A program made the position numbers and the translations under genes. Of a DNA stretch of 64,000 nucleotides, positions 10,761 through 20,312 are shown one piece after another. Within the stretch, counting starts at the first letter, position 1, and every line of letters starts with the position of its first letter. The stretch comes from Candidatus Latescibacterota bacterium (GTDB lineage Bacteria; Latescibacterota; CBDEFO01). The stretch lies in contig OZ252149.1 of NCBI GenBank assembly GCA_965248755.1, positions 1,312,001-1,376,000 on the forward strand. The letters run 5' to 3'. A model generated the notes under the pieces. It worked only from the letters and a program-made list of their open reading frames with translations. It was not told where the DNA came from and searched no databases.

Positions 10761-11558
10761 TTATTCTCGAATCGAAATAATTTCCATTCCAATTCTATAT
10801 CTTTCGCTTATGCTATAAGTTAAGGGGTTAAATCCATGCTCAGTTAATAATGAATAAAGGAGCTTCCGTCCAAAATTATGGTAATGCTCTATTTCTATCC
10901 AATATGGATTCTTGTTTTCTTTGGTTAAGGCCTTCCAAAGAAACGAATCCATATTAGGACACGATATGAACAATACTCCCCCTGGTATTAACAATTTATG
11001 AGCATGAGAAAGTGCTTCCCTTGGGTACGGCATATGTTCCAAAATGTCGGCCATCGAAATTACTGTAAAGCTGTTAAATTGTTTAAAATCTTTTAATTCC
11101 ATGCAGTGAGCTTCAAATTCTAGTTGCTTCATTTTGTCTACAGCTATTTGGCGAAGATCAATACCAACTGGCTCAAAACCATATTCTTCACATGTTGTCA
11201 TTAATGAACCGTTACCAAAACCAACATCCAACCATTTACCTTTCTTGCCATTTAAGATAGAAGATACTTTATCAATCATTCTTGCATAAAAATATCGAAA
11301 CTTCTCAACATCCTTAACATTAAATAACTGATAGTCATGGGTTTTGCTAAAAAGAATATCTGTCGCCTCTTTAGTAAAGTATCCATCTGCAAAACTGTGA
11401 CCACAGGTATTACATTGCTGCCAGTTTATAAATCCAGGAAGTTCCGAATTGTATAGAGGGTAAGACCGACAGTCAGCAGAAATCGACAAATTAAAACTTG
11501 TAGACTCACACAAAGGGCAACATCTATACAGTTGCCTGGACTTTTCGATTAATGGCAT
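10761..11558 (-). CDS. Class I SAM-dependent methyltransferase with N-terminal Cys motifs (gene cassette)
   Basis: CPLC...CNTC, LDVGFGNG, DILEHMP; AT-rich. Confidence 0.9.
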   Translation of the reverse strand: MPLIEKSRQLYRCCPLCESTSFNLSISADCRSYPLYNSELPGFINWQQCNTCGHSFADGYFTKEATDILFSKTHDYQLFNVKDVEKFRYFYARMIDKVSSILNGKKGKWLDVGFGNGSLMTTCEEYGFEPVGIDLRQIAVDKMKQLEFEAHCMELKDFKQFNSFTVISMADILEHMPYPREALSHAHKLLIPGGVLFISCPNMDSFLWKALTKENKNPYWIEIEHYHNFGRKLLYSLLTEHGFNPLTYSISERYRIGMEIISIRE

Positions 11559-11796
11559 TATTCAATCTCTTGTAGGTATAGAGGTAGAAGATATTGAAAA
11601 TGTCCACCTGAACTATACATGTTATGTCTCTGTCGACTTCAGATTCCTTCTATGCACAATATGACGATAATATTGGATACTGAAATCACACTAATAGTAT
11701 AGAAACGCGCATCACTTGCTCCGAGGAGTCCACGCGAACGACGGCTATCTCGGAGTCGATATGCATGCGCTGCTTATGTCTTTCTTATCTTGGCGT

Positions 11797-12828
11797 TCAT
11801 CCGCCAAATTCAGTTGTTCCATCCGGTTTCGATACAATTGCCTCAACGACAGCCATCGTCTTCAGCGCGTCTTCAGCAGAGGGGTAAGGCTCACGGTTCT
11901 CCAGGATTGCGTCCACGAACTCTCGGATTTCGCCGGCAAAGCCCTGGAAGAAGTGTCGCGTCTGCCCCATGTTCGGGATTCCATAGTCTGGACGCCAGAC
12001 GCGTATGTCGTCCAGATCGAACTCAGGAGCCACTTCTGGCAGACTCGGAGCCAGGACATCAATGCCGTCGCGTCCCTGCCTGTGAACCTCCATATGGTGT
12101 ACATTGTCTACCACGATCAGGGCGTTCTTCCCGTCGAGTATCCCAGAGATTTCCACGCGCTCCTGAATCCGGGGCTGCGACGAGTCGAGCATGAGTTGAG
12201 CGACCTTTCCTGACCGGAAACGAAGCGTCACGGCCAGAGATAGAGTCCGACTTAATTCGACAAGGTGGGAAGTTACACTTGACACCTCCCCGAAAAAGCT
12301 GATTGCAAGATCAATGGCATGACAACACATGTCCAGAACCATTCTCCGGAGATCGGTGTTTGGCCAGTGTCCGTACTTGAGAAACCCCATCGCTGGTTCG
12401 AATTGCCCCGTCTCGATTAGGTGTCTCACCTTGACGTAGGTCATGCCGTGGCGCTTCACGAAACCAGCCATGATGAATACGTTATTCTTCCGCGCCAGAT
12501 CAACAAGCTCCTGAGTCCGTCTCAAGTCAGGAGCAGGGGGTTTCTCGACAAAAAGATTCAAGCGGCAGGCAAGCACCTTTTTGCCGATCTCGTAGTGCAT
12601 TTCGGATGGCCCAACGACGAGAACCCCATCTAAATCGCTCTCGGATAGCATCTTCTCAACGTCGACGTAGTACGAGGATGCACCGAATAGCCGAGCGTTT
12701 CGTGCCGCAAGCTCTTCATCCAGATCGCATACAGCCTCCAAGCTACACCTCGCATATCGGAGCATCGGGTACAAGTTGTTTGTGGCATGGGTTCCGCAGC
12801 CAACAAAGCCTATCTTTGCATGAGTCAT
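11797..12828 (-). CDS. Gfo/Idh/MocA-family oxidoreductase
   Basis: IGFVGCG Rossmann motif, VEKP motif. Confidence 0.9.
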   Translation of the reverse strand: MTHAKIGFVGCGTHATNNLYPMLRYARCSLEAVCDLDEELAARNARLFGASSYYVDVEKMLSESDLDGVLVVGPSEMHYEIGKKVLACRLNLFVEKPPAPDLRRTQELVDLARKNNVFIMAGFVKRHGMTYVKVRHLIETGQFEPAMGFLKYGHWPNTDLRRMVLDMCCHAIDLAISFFGEVSSVTSHLVELSRTLSLAVTLRFRSGKVAQLMLDSSQPRIQERVEISGILDGKNALIVVDNVHHMEVHRQGRDGIDVLAPSLPEVAPEFDLDDIRVWRPDYGIPNMGQTRHFFQGFAGEIREFVDAILENREPYPSAEDALKTMAVVEAIVSKPDGTTEFGG

Positions 12829-12900
12829 AGCTTCTCCTTAAATCTGCGCGCCAGACCTTGGCGAGCTAAGTCATATAACCGTAGGGGTTCCGCGCTCAGG

Positions 12901-14028
12901 TCAAGCGAGTGACCACCGAGTCGCCACGAGGGTGGGCTTCTCATCTGACGGCACGAGTTGGTAATAGACGGTCAGCATCTCCCCCGGTTCGAGTTCCACG
13001 GTCGAGGGATAGCCCAGATCTACGCTCGTGGCATCGTCGCGGAGCACAATCTCGTTGTCCACGTCCCACGTGGCGCAGCCGTCATGGCTCATAGAGGCGC
13101 GCTGTCCCATCGGTTCGCGGCGGTACCCGTAGCTGGCCAGCACGTCGCCGCAATGAAGGCGGAGCAGATGGGCCGGATAGCCCCAGATGGGCGTCGGCCT
13201 GATCACGCTCCATGTCTTGCCGTCGTCGTTGCTTTCGCACTGATGCAGAAAATGCTGGGAGGCATCTTTGTCGCTCGGGGTGTGCCTCCACATACAGACG
13301 ATCCGCCCGTCGTCTACTTCGACGGCGTGTGGCTCGCTAAAGGTGTGAGTTTCGCCGAACCTCTTATCTACGGGCATGGTCCCGATCAGGCTCCATGACT
13401 GTGCCTCATCGGTCGAAGCGGCACAAGCCAGAGTCCTTGCGCCTTCGCCACCCTCGTCTGTGATGATTCCGACCAAACGGAGACTCCCATCGCTAAGCTG
13501 GATCGGACCGTGCGGCGTCATCACGATTGATCGCACCGGTTCTTCCCAGGTTCGTCCCCCATCAGTCGATCGTCGGGTATAGGGTTCGTGGATCTTGGTT
13601 CCAACCCACTGCTTTCGGACGTCGTCGGGAATCTTGTCACAATGCCTCCGCCAGGCCTCCCACTCCTTTGGCGTGGGCCAGAGACCCCACTCCTTGTTTG
13701 GTACGGGGCCGCGGTAATTCTCCAGGACCTCGCGGGTGTCAGTGACGAACCAGCTCATGACCAACGTTCCTGATGTTAGTGCGACAATGCCGGTGTCGCG
13801 GTCGTCCAACGGCGTGTTGTTTACAGTCTCGGCCGCCGACCACGTCTCGCCTCCATCGCTGCTACGGATGAGCTGGCTCTTGCCGTAGGGGCAATGATGA
13901 GTCTCACGGTCGCCGGAGAAGATGGCCAGGCTCTCGCCGTCTGCCGTCTGCGTCACTGTTGGGAAGCCGATGAAGTCGCCGGGTTGCCGGCATATCACCT
14001 TGTGCCAATGGATGGCGGTCCGTATCAT
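12901..14028 (-). CDS. Sialidase-family (BNR/Asp-box) protein
   Basis: Several SxDGGxTW Asp boxes, DLGYP. Confidence 0.88.
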   Translation of the reverse strand: MIRTAIHWHKVICRQPGDFIGFPTVTQTADGESLAIFSGDRETHHCPYGKSQLIRSSDGGETWSAAETVNNTPLDDRDTGIVALTSGTLVMSWFVTDTREVLENYRGPVPNKEWGLWPTPKEWEAWRRHCDKIPDDVRKQWVGTKIHEPYTRRSTDGGRTWEEPVRSIVMTPHGPIQLSDGSLRLVGIITDEGGEGARTLACAASTDEAQSWSLIGTMPVDKRFGETHTFSEPHAVEVDDGRIVCMWRHTPSDKDASQHFLHQCESNDDGKTWSVIRPTPIWGYPAHLLRLHCGDVLASYGYRREPMGQRASMSHDGCATWDVDNEIVLRDDATSVDLGYPSTVELEPGEMLTVYYQLVPSDEKPTLVATRWSLA

Positions 14029-14055
14029 AAGTCCTCACTCCTCATTGCCAATAGA

Positions 14056-14755
14056 TCAAATAAACAGACATTTTCGCCATTTGACATCCCCCGGCTCCGT
14101 CGCCGGGTCTCTGAGCCCCCAGTTTAACTCCCCTTCTCCATGGAACGAGTTCTCTTCCGGCCTGGTATCAAGAGTGTAGTTCTTTGCACTGTCATCTATG
14201 GACTTCCCTCCAGCCCAACGTCTTGCTTTACGGTGGGCGAGTCCAGCACCGTACCGTGCACGCATCTTGTTAGCTTTCCGTCTACTTTTTAACCGATCGC
14301 GGTAGACTCCGGGAGATAAGCCTTTGATCTCAACTGCACCTACCGCTTTTGCGTAGAAATCAGCAGGACCAACCCCGCCTATGATTGCGTAACCGTATCC
14401 GTTTGCCGCCATAGCGTGTAGACAGCACAGTAACAATGCTTTGCCAATTCCGCAAGAGAGCTTCTCTTCGACAACACCTGTGGGTCCGAAGAAATTCTTG
14501 CAGGTGCAGTCATAACAGGCAATACCTATGATCTCGCCTTCCTCTGTGGCTAGAAAACAGGAAATGGGATGGTTACTGAAAGCAACGTCGCTTTCACTTG
14601 TCCACTCACCGACAAATTTGCCGTCGACCCATTTGATCACCTCGGATTTTTCGTAGGACATCGCACGACGGACACCTACCCCCTGTTCCCTTAGACCCTT
14701 GAATAGAAGGCTCTACTGCGGGGAGATCATACAACTTCACCAGCATATCAAACAT
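14056..14755 (-). pseudogene. GNAT acetyltransferase cassette, frameshifted near the 5' end and reading through its attC
   Basis: MFDMLVKLYDLP start at 14755 is out of frame with ...RRAMSYEKSEV; FGPTGV, GIGKALL, YAIIGG motifs. Confidence 0.75.
14213..14275 (-). other. Integron attC site (63 bp)
   Basis: Minus strand AGCTAAC...GTTGGGC with internal imperfect palindrome. Confidence 0.8.
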
Positions 14756-14784
14756 ATGGCTCAGGCCTCCCATTAATTTTCAAA

Positions 14785-14830
14785 GGCGAACTATTAGTTA
14801 ACCAAAATAACTTTCAGTTATCATAACTTA
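14785..14830 (-). other. attI-like site 1
   Basis: GGTTAAC-5 nt-GTTCGCC; homology with the 18305 site stops exactly at the GTT crossover. Confidence 0.7.
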
Positions 14831-14853
14831 GATAATGATTGAAACCAATTTCC

Positions 14854-14882
14854 AATTTATTGTTATACCCTTTGAAAGTCAA
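14854..14882 (-). promoter_or_regulatory. Pc-like cassette promoter 1
   Basis: TTGACT-17 nt-TAAATT pointing into attI-1; both boxes conserved in copy 2. Confidence 0.6.
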
Positions 14883-15113
14883 CCATATTAATTCATGTCT
14901 AATTTTGAAACAAATAGTGCAAACTCCGATATTTTGGTACTGCTTTCCTTGACAGAGCGACAAGAATTTTGCAGTAGGGATACCCCTCCCATGTCTGCTC
15001 AAAATAGCATTCCTTCAAATGTTTATTGACAACTTTCTGTTTTATGCTTAAGCTGTTGGCACAGCAATGGAAGGAAACATCTATTACAAGAAGACCAATA
15101 TGGAGGTTGAAAT

Positions 15114-15275
15114 ATGACTTATGACTTGCTTGTCAAAGGCGGGATGCTCGTCGACCCTGCACTGAAGCTCCACGCGAAAAAGGACGTGGCTTTTACAAAT
15201 TCCGTCGTTTCCACTGTCGGTGATGATCTGCCTAAGACGGAGGCGCGCGAGGTGCTGGACGCAAGTGGTCGAATC
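15114..15275 (+). pseudogene. Truncated copy of the amidohydrolase gene (first ~54 codons)
   Basis: MTYDLLVKGG...VLDASGRI nearly identical to the 18635 gene, then similarity ends. Confidence 0.9.
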
Positions 15276-15482
15276 TCACGCCATGCTGGTTTGGGGAAGT
15301 CCTTCTCCTTGCGGTAGAAATACGTTGGCTGCGAAAGCCCTTCGAACGAACGATCCCGGATCATCTCTGCCCACAAGCCAGGGATCAGGTCATTTATAAA
15401 CTCCACAGAATTGACCATAATTGAAGGGACTGATGGTCCCGTCAAAGACAGGATTCCGTGTAATCTTGATCTGCGAATTCAT
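15276..15482 (-). pseudogene. Truncated, frameshifted cassette gene resembling a GH51 arabinofuranosidase N-terminus
   Basis: ISPFNYGQF / VEFINDLIPGLWAEMIRDRSFEG in two frames, just downstream of the attC at 15531. Confidence 0.6.
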
Positions 15483-15530
15483 TAAGAGACCTATTCTCTG
15501 GAGAGGAATGCCAGTTCTACTCTTACTGCT

Positions 15531-15587
15531 GCCGAACGTGTGCTTCAGGCGCGGTTTCCAGCCGTCGGCTGGAAACAGTAGTTATGC
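15531..15587 (-). other. Integron attC site (57 bp)
   Basis: Minus strand GCATAAC (contains the TAA stop of 15582-16469)...GTTCGGC. Confidence 0.85.
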
Positions 15588-16469
15588 ATTACCCTGATCG
15601 ACCCAGTCGAGCTCTGCAATCCGGAAGCCCGTCAGATCAGGCAGTAATGCCGCAATGTAGTACCGTCCCCTGTGTTCTATGATCTCCGGTGCGGCAACGG
15701 GCAGTGTCCCCACATAGAAACGATCGTCGTCGATTCCGAAACTCAGCGGGTCAGGCGAGCAGTATTGTGTATTAAGGTTGTCCACCCCATATCTCTTATT
15801 GCGGAACAGACAGAACAATCCCTCGACTTCAACGACGAATGGACATTCACAATTTCCTAACCAACCAGTTTGTCTGGCGGCGGCCCCTCCCGCACACACA
15901 ACAACGGGATCGCTCCAATCGAGGAGATCGGGAGAAGTACGGCAGAAGACGGCTGCCGCCGGCTTTGCGTCTTCCTTGTGCCCCATGTAGTAGCAGTGAA
16001 AAACACCGTCGACCGTCAGAACCATGGGGTCGCGGCTGTTCTCGTACGGCCCGGAAAAGAGGTCGGGTTGGCCGTTTTTACCCAACACGCGCTCGAACGA
16101 TTTTCCGTCCCTGCTCCTGGCAAGGCAAATGCGATTCCAGTCTCCATAGAACATGTAGTACGTGTCGTTCTCTTTGATGACATGTGGGGCCTGAAGGCCG
16201 CCTTCCGTCTCGCCGAGGTCAACCCTTGCCTCCATGGCGACGCCCTTCGGCTCCCAATGCTCCTGCTTTAGGTCTGTTCCCTCCCATCTGTAGAACAGCC
16301 GCGTCTGTCCGCCGCAGGCGGTGTGTCTGATGCAGGACCACAGCTGCCAAGTGCTGTCTTCTGCTTGCCATACTGCGAAATCAACAGGCTGCTGGTGAGG
16401 TGTTCCGTAATGTCTCAGATTAGGATTGCCCGCCACTTGCCACCACTGACTGCTTATCTGAGGCCGCAT
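15582..16469 (-). CDS. Beta-propeller glycoside hydrolase (GH32/43-like) gene cassette
   Basis: QAPHV, RDPMV, ECPFV and APEI motifs; cassette start GTTATGC is exactly complementary to its attC R'' GCATAAC. Confidence 0.82.
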   Translation of the reverse strand: MRPQISSQWWQVAGNPNLRHYGTPHQQPVDFAVWQAEDSTWQLWSCIRHTACGGQTRLFYRWEGTDLKQEHWEPKGVAMEARVDLGETEGGLQAPHVIKENDTYYMFYGDWNRICLARSRDGKSFERVLGKNGQPDLFSGPYENSRDPMVLTVDGVFHCYYMGHKEDAKPAAAVFCRTSPDLLDWSDPVVVCAGGAAARQTGWLGNCECPFVVEVEGLFCLFRNKRYGVDNLNTQYCSPDPLSFGIDDDRFYVGTLPVAAPEIIEHRGRYYIAALLPDLTGFRIAELDWVDQGNA

Positions 16470-16491
16470 GCTAATTCCTCCTATTCAGAAT

Positions 16492-16553
16492 GCATAACGT
16501 CATGCGGCTAACACGCGCGGTCCTCCGCGTCGGTGTGCAGCCGCTTGTTCGGT
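16492..16553 (-). other. Integron attC site (62 bp)
   Basis: Minus strand ACCGAAC aagcggctgcacaccgacgcgg...ccgcgcgtgttagccgcatgac GTTATGC. Confidence 0.88.
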
Positions 16554-16682
16554 AAATATCGTCTGAATATGTTTGAGAAATCGTCCTACATCGGGAACTC
16601 AAGCGGGTACCCGCCGTTTGCCTTGTTATGTCTGACCCAGGAAATTTGACCGCTTTGGTATTGTAGCCGACGCCGAACCGGA

Positions 16683-17591
16683 CTACGCATCGGGTCCATA
16701 AGACGGAATTGTCCAGTTGTGACCCAACGAACGCTGGAAGTCCTGATACTCACTCAGGATGTCATCGCGGCCCAGAAATGTCTTATAAACCAGTCGGCCG
16801 TTCCATTGTCCTTCTGGCTGCTCTGCAGGATCCCTCGCATAGAGGAAGAAATCCCACGCCGGGTTACGGTCCGAACGATCTTCGACAAAGCCACCTCCGC
16901 CCATGCCGTGCGAGATCACGACGCCACGAGGACTTTCAAACATCAACACGAACACCATGTCACCACGGCGGCCCAACATCATCGGAACAGTGTACCGAAT
17001 GGGTGCACGCGATGTATACAATCCGCGGTCATGTGCCCCGAAATGCAAATCGTACGAATCGGCTTCCCAGGTTACCGCACTGTCTCGACCCTGAAACGTC
17101 GTACAGAACTGAATCCACATCAGCGCGTCATAGGCATCCCGACTCAACAGGTAAATAGCCTTGTTCTCCGGTTGATGGATGTAATTGGCAAAGAAGAAAC
17201 CGGCAAATTCCGTGGGAAACGCCCCTGAATCATGCAGGCGATAGCGGAAAGTCCAATCCACGTGGGAAGGGCCTGCCGTCCGATAGGTCATCCAACTCTC
17301 GACATGGTGCGTGGGGGTGGGCGTCTGGTACAGAGTGACCTGACGCAGTTTGTCATCAACGAGCAATTCCGTCGGGTGATCTTTGGGCTCCGTCGCGTGC
17401 GGAGCAGACAAGGGAGCAATGAACTCAAAGTTCATACCGCAAAACCTGGGCACGAACAAGGGTCGACAATCGTGAACTGATGTGATCTGCCAGATGCCGT
17501 TGTATCCTGCTTGGTGGTCCTGATGCGCGGAGTTGTCCCCAATCAGAAGTGACAATTCCTCGGTCTGCAACTGATGAAAATGTTGCGACAT
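16683..17591 (-). CDS. Conserved hypothetical protein (possibly galactose-mutarotase-like), gene cassette
   Basis: Long ORF with HQAGYNG, GFFFANYI and GGG..NPAWDF; lies between attC sites. Confidence 0.7.
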   Translation of the reverse strand: MSQHFHQLQTEELSLLIGDNSAHQDHQAGYNGIWQITSVHDCRPLFVPRFCGMNFEFIAPLSAPHATEPKDHPTELLVDDKLRQVTLYQTPTPTHHVESWMTYRTAGPSHVDWTFRYRLHDSGAFPTEFAGFFFANYIHQPENKAIYLLSRDAYDALMWIQFCTTFQGRDSAVTWEADSYDLHFGAHDRGLYTSRAPIRYTVPMMLGRRGDMVFVLMFESPRGVVISHGMGGGGFVEDRSDRNPAWDFFLYARDPAEQPEGQWNGRLVYKTFLGRDDILSEYQDFQRSLGHNWTIPSYGPDA

Positions 17592-17706
17592 AACCCCATT
17601 CCTTTCCGTCCGACGAAATAAAGGTCTCTGGAAGAGGGCGGGAGAACCGTGTCTGCTCAAGAGCGATTTCCCCCGCTCTTTTGTTCTCTAGCACCTTGCC
17701 GTTTGA

Positions 17707-17779
17707 GCCTAACGCTTGAACTCATGTGCTATGAATGAGCGCCAGCGAATACATAGTCAGGTGGAGTGATTCGTTAGGC
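17707..17779 (-). other. Integron attC site (73 bp)
   Basis: Minus strand GCCTAAC...GTTAGGC, 8 nt after the stop at 17788. Confidence 0.88.
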
Positions 17780-17787
17780 AAAACATT

Positions 17788-18284
17788 TCAGCAAGGTCTT
17801 TCTTCAGTTTGTTCTATCATGGCACGAAGCATCTGAATACGTCCAATATGTACCCCAGTATGTCCTACGGTCTGGTAAAGTACCCTGGCAACCGAATTCC
17901 CTTCAAACGAAGACTCAGGAATATTGTGATAGTCGTCATCTGCTAAATTAGAAATAAAATTATGAGTCAGACTACGAACTTGTCGGAACCATTCGTTAAC
18001 CGCATCAACATTGTCTATACGTTTTCGAACAACTTCCGGAGCAGGCCAATCTACACCAAAAATGTCGTATTTTCTGGGAATAATCTCTTCCTCCTTTTGG
18101 GCTTGAAGCAAAACGCCGACATGAAATCGCTCTCTATGTGCAATATGTCCAATATGCACATAGACTTTTCTGATGTGGCACCCCAAAAAAGTTGCTCCTC
18201 GGATAATCCTTCTGTTTCTTTCACTGGATCAGCATACCAGTAAGCCATGCCCAAAAGCCCAATGTGCTGCATCATTCCATTCAT
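17788..18284 (-). pseudogene. DinB-family gene cassette, frameshifted
   Basis: GLSEEQLFW in one frame; HIGHIAHRE...HTGVHIGRIQMLR in another. Confidence 0.75.
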
Positions 18285-18304
18285 TCATATTATTGCTCCT
18301 TCTT

Positions 18305-18350
18305 GCCCAACCAAAAATTAACCAAGTTGGTTTCCAGTTACCGTAACTTA
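18305..18350 (-). other. attI-like site 2
   Basis: GGTTAAT-5 nt-GTTGGGC directly upstream of the first cassette RBS (AAGGAG). Confidence 0.72.
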
Positions 18351-18374
18351 GAGAATGATTCATAACTAATCTGC

Positions 18375-18403
18375 AATTTACTGTTAAAACCCTTGAAAGT
18401 CAA
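18375..18403 (-). promoter_or_regulatory. Pc-like cassette promoter 2
   Basis: TTGACT-17 nt-TAAATT. Confidence 0.6.
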
Positions 18404-18634
18404 CCATATTATTTCATGTCTAATTCTGAAACAAATAGTGTAAGCTCCGATATTTTGGTACTGCCCTCCTTGACAGAGCGACAAGAATTTTGCAGTAGGG
18501 ATACCCCTCCCATGTCTGCTCAAAATAGCATTCCCTCAAATTTTTATTGACAACTTTCTGTTTTATGCTTAAGCTGTTGGCACAGCAATGGAAGGAAACA
18601 TCCGTTACAAGAAGACGAATATGGAGGTTGAAAT

Positions 18635-19774
18635 ATGACTTATGACTTGCTTGTCAAAGGCGGGACGCTCGTAGACCCTGCACTGAAGCTCCACGCGAAA
18701 AAGGACGTGGCTTTTACAAGTGGCGTCGTTTCCGCTGTCGGTGATGATCTGCCTAAGACGGAGGCGCGTGAGGTGCTGGACGCAAGTGGCCGCATCGTCA
18801 CGCCAGGGATGATCGATTTGCACGTCCATGTGTTCTACGGCGTCAGCCACTTCGGCATCGAGCCTGACCCTACCTGTCTGGCTAAGGGAGCAACCACAGT
18901 GGTCGACGCAGGTTCTGCGGGAGCGGACACCTTTCCGGGCTTTCGCAAGTATGTGATTGACGTGAGCGGGACGCGCATCCTGGCGCAGCTCAACATTGCG
19001 TCACAGGGGATGCTGACCCTCGAAATCGGAGAGTTCGAAATCCCTGAGTACGCAAATGTGGACAAAGCGTGCCAGATGATAGAAAAGCACCGCGATGTGA
19101 TTCTGGGTGTGAAGGTTCGACTCACAAAGAACCTCATCGTCAGCGAGAGGTCAGGGATGTCGCCCCTGCACCGAGCGCGCGAGGCCGCAGACGCGGCCGG
19201 ATTGCCCATCATGGTTCATCCGCAGGATGCCTGGTGCGGTTCGATTGACGATATTCTAGCCGTTATGCGCAAGCGAGACATCCTGACTCACTGCTTCCAC
19301 GGTATGGCGTGCGGCATCCTGGACGATCATGGTCAAGTGCGAAAATCGGTGCGTGAGGCGATGGAGCGCGGCGTCGTTTTCGATGTTGGGCACGGGGCAG
19401 GATCGTTCAACTGGAAGGTTGCTGAACGAGCGATGGAGCAGGGAGTCGAGCCTCAAACTATCTCATCGGACCTGCACATTTACAACATAGACGGTCCCGT
19501 CTACGACCTGGCGACGGTGGTTACCAAGTTTCTTCGTCTGGGCTTAACGCTCGACAACGCGATCGCGAAGGTTACGGCTGTTCCTGCTCAGACAATTTTG
19601 ATGCCAGATAAAATCGGTACACTCTCGGTCGGAGCATGGGGCGATGCGGTCGTCTTCGAATTACGTTCAGGAGAATTCCAGTTGCAGGACACGGACGGCG
19701 ACATGCGCATCGGCAAGCAGAAGCTCGTTCCCGTGGCGGTCGTCAAGGGCGGGCGGGTCTATCGGCAGAGCTGA
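18635..19774 (+). CDS. Amidohydrolase/deacetylase (dihydroorotase-like) metallohydrolase
   Basis: PGMIDLHVH, DAGSAG, GVKVR, THCFHG, DVGHG, ISSDLH. Confidence 0.92.
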   Translation: MTYDLLVKGGTLVDPALKLHAKKDVAFTSGVVSAVGDDLPKTEAREVLDASGRIVTPGMIDLHVHVFYGVSHFGIEPDPTCLAKGATTVVDAGSAGADTFPGFRKYVIDVSGTRILAQLNIASQGMLTLEIGEFEIPEYANVDKACQMIEKHRDVILGVKVRLTKNLIVSERSGMSPLHRAREAADAAGLPIMVHPQDAWCGSIDDILAVMRKRDILTHCFHGMACGILDDHGQVRKSVREAMERGVVFDVGHGAGSFNWKVAERAMEQGVEPQTISSDLHIYNIDGPVYDLATVVTKFLRLGLTLDNAIAKVTAVPAQTILMPDKIGTLSVGAWGDAVVFELRSGEFQLQDTDGDMRIGKQKLVPVAVVKGGRVYRQS

Positions 19775-19782
19775 GTCATATT

Positions 19783-20073
19783 TTATCTACACAGCAGGCG
19801 ATCCTTCGGTTTTGTTCGACAAGTTGACTGCGAAGCCATCAATTCTGTTACCTTGCAAGCGCCGCGATATTTAAAATAATAACCGTCCTGTGCTCTCACT
19901 TCAATGGATTCTCCTCCGTTGAGCTCCTCCTCAGGTCTCATTCCATATTGTTTCACTTCTGCATCTGAACTAAACACCTTAAACTCCCGGTAAAGGAAAC
20001 TGCACAAGTCAGTTTCCACTTGCCAGAATATTTCGTATAAATGTCGGTTTCGAGTGGTCACATCAAGCTCCAT
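19783..20073 (-). CDS. Hypothetical protein
   Basis: ORF with upstream AGGTGG; no recognised motif. Confidence 0.35.
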   Translation of the reverse strand: MELDVTTRNRHLYEIFWQVETDLCSFLYREFKVFSSDAEVKQYGMRPEEELNGGESIEVRAQDGYYFKYRGACKVTELMASQSTCRTKPKDRLLCR

Positions 20074-20229
20074 TGTCCACCTTTCCTCAATCTATCAAAC
20101 TGCAGTTACATCATCATATTTTAACCATATGTTTTGCCCAATATCCTTATAAAAATACCCAATCTCACTCCCAGAGTCAAGTAAGAATCAACTGTTATTC
20201 AATTGTTGTAAGTGCCTCAATTCTTTTGC

Positions 20230-20258
20230 TTGACAAGACATAGGTAATCACTTACATT
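20230..20258 (+). promoter_or_regulatory. Sigma70-type promoter
   Basis: TTGACA-17 nt-TACATT upstream of the aminotransferase. Confidence 0.55.
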
Positions 20259-20312
20259 TGCCTCCACAGAGATACAGTGCTACAACGGTTATGAGTATTA
20301 TAGGGGGACTAA

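Larger units (their letters stand above)
14789..15275. repeat. ~490-bp diverged duplication (copy 1): attI/Pc platform plus amidohydrolase 5' end
   Basis: Aligns along its length with 18309-18796. Confidence 0.92.

Noticed and set aside
15056..15072. Sigma-54 promoter (TGGCAC) in the duplicated platform
   Set aside because: No TTGC -12 element; TTGACA-17-TAAGCT just upstream is the better candidate.
9600..20300. Integron integrase gene
   Set aside because: No ORF with tyrosine-recombinase R...HxxR...Y motifs near the array or elsewhere in the window.
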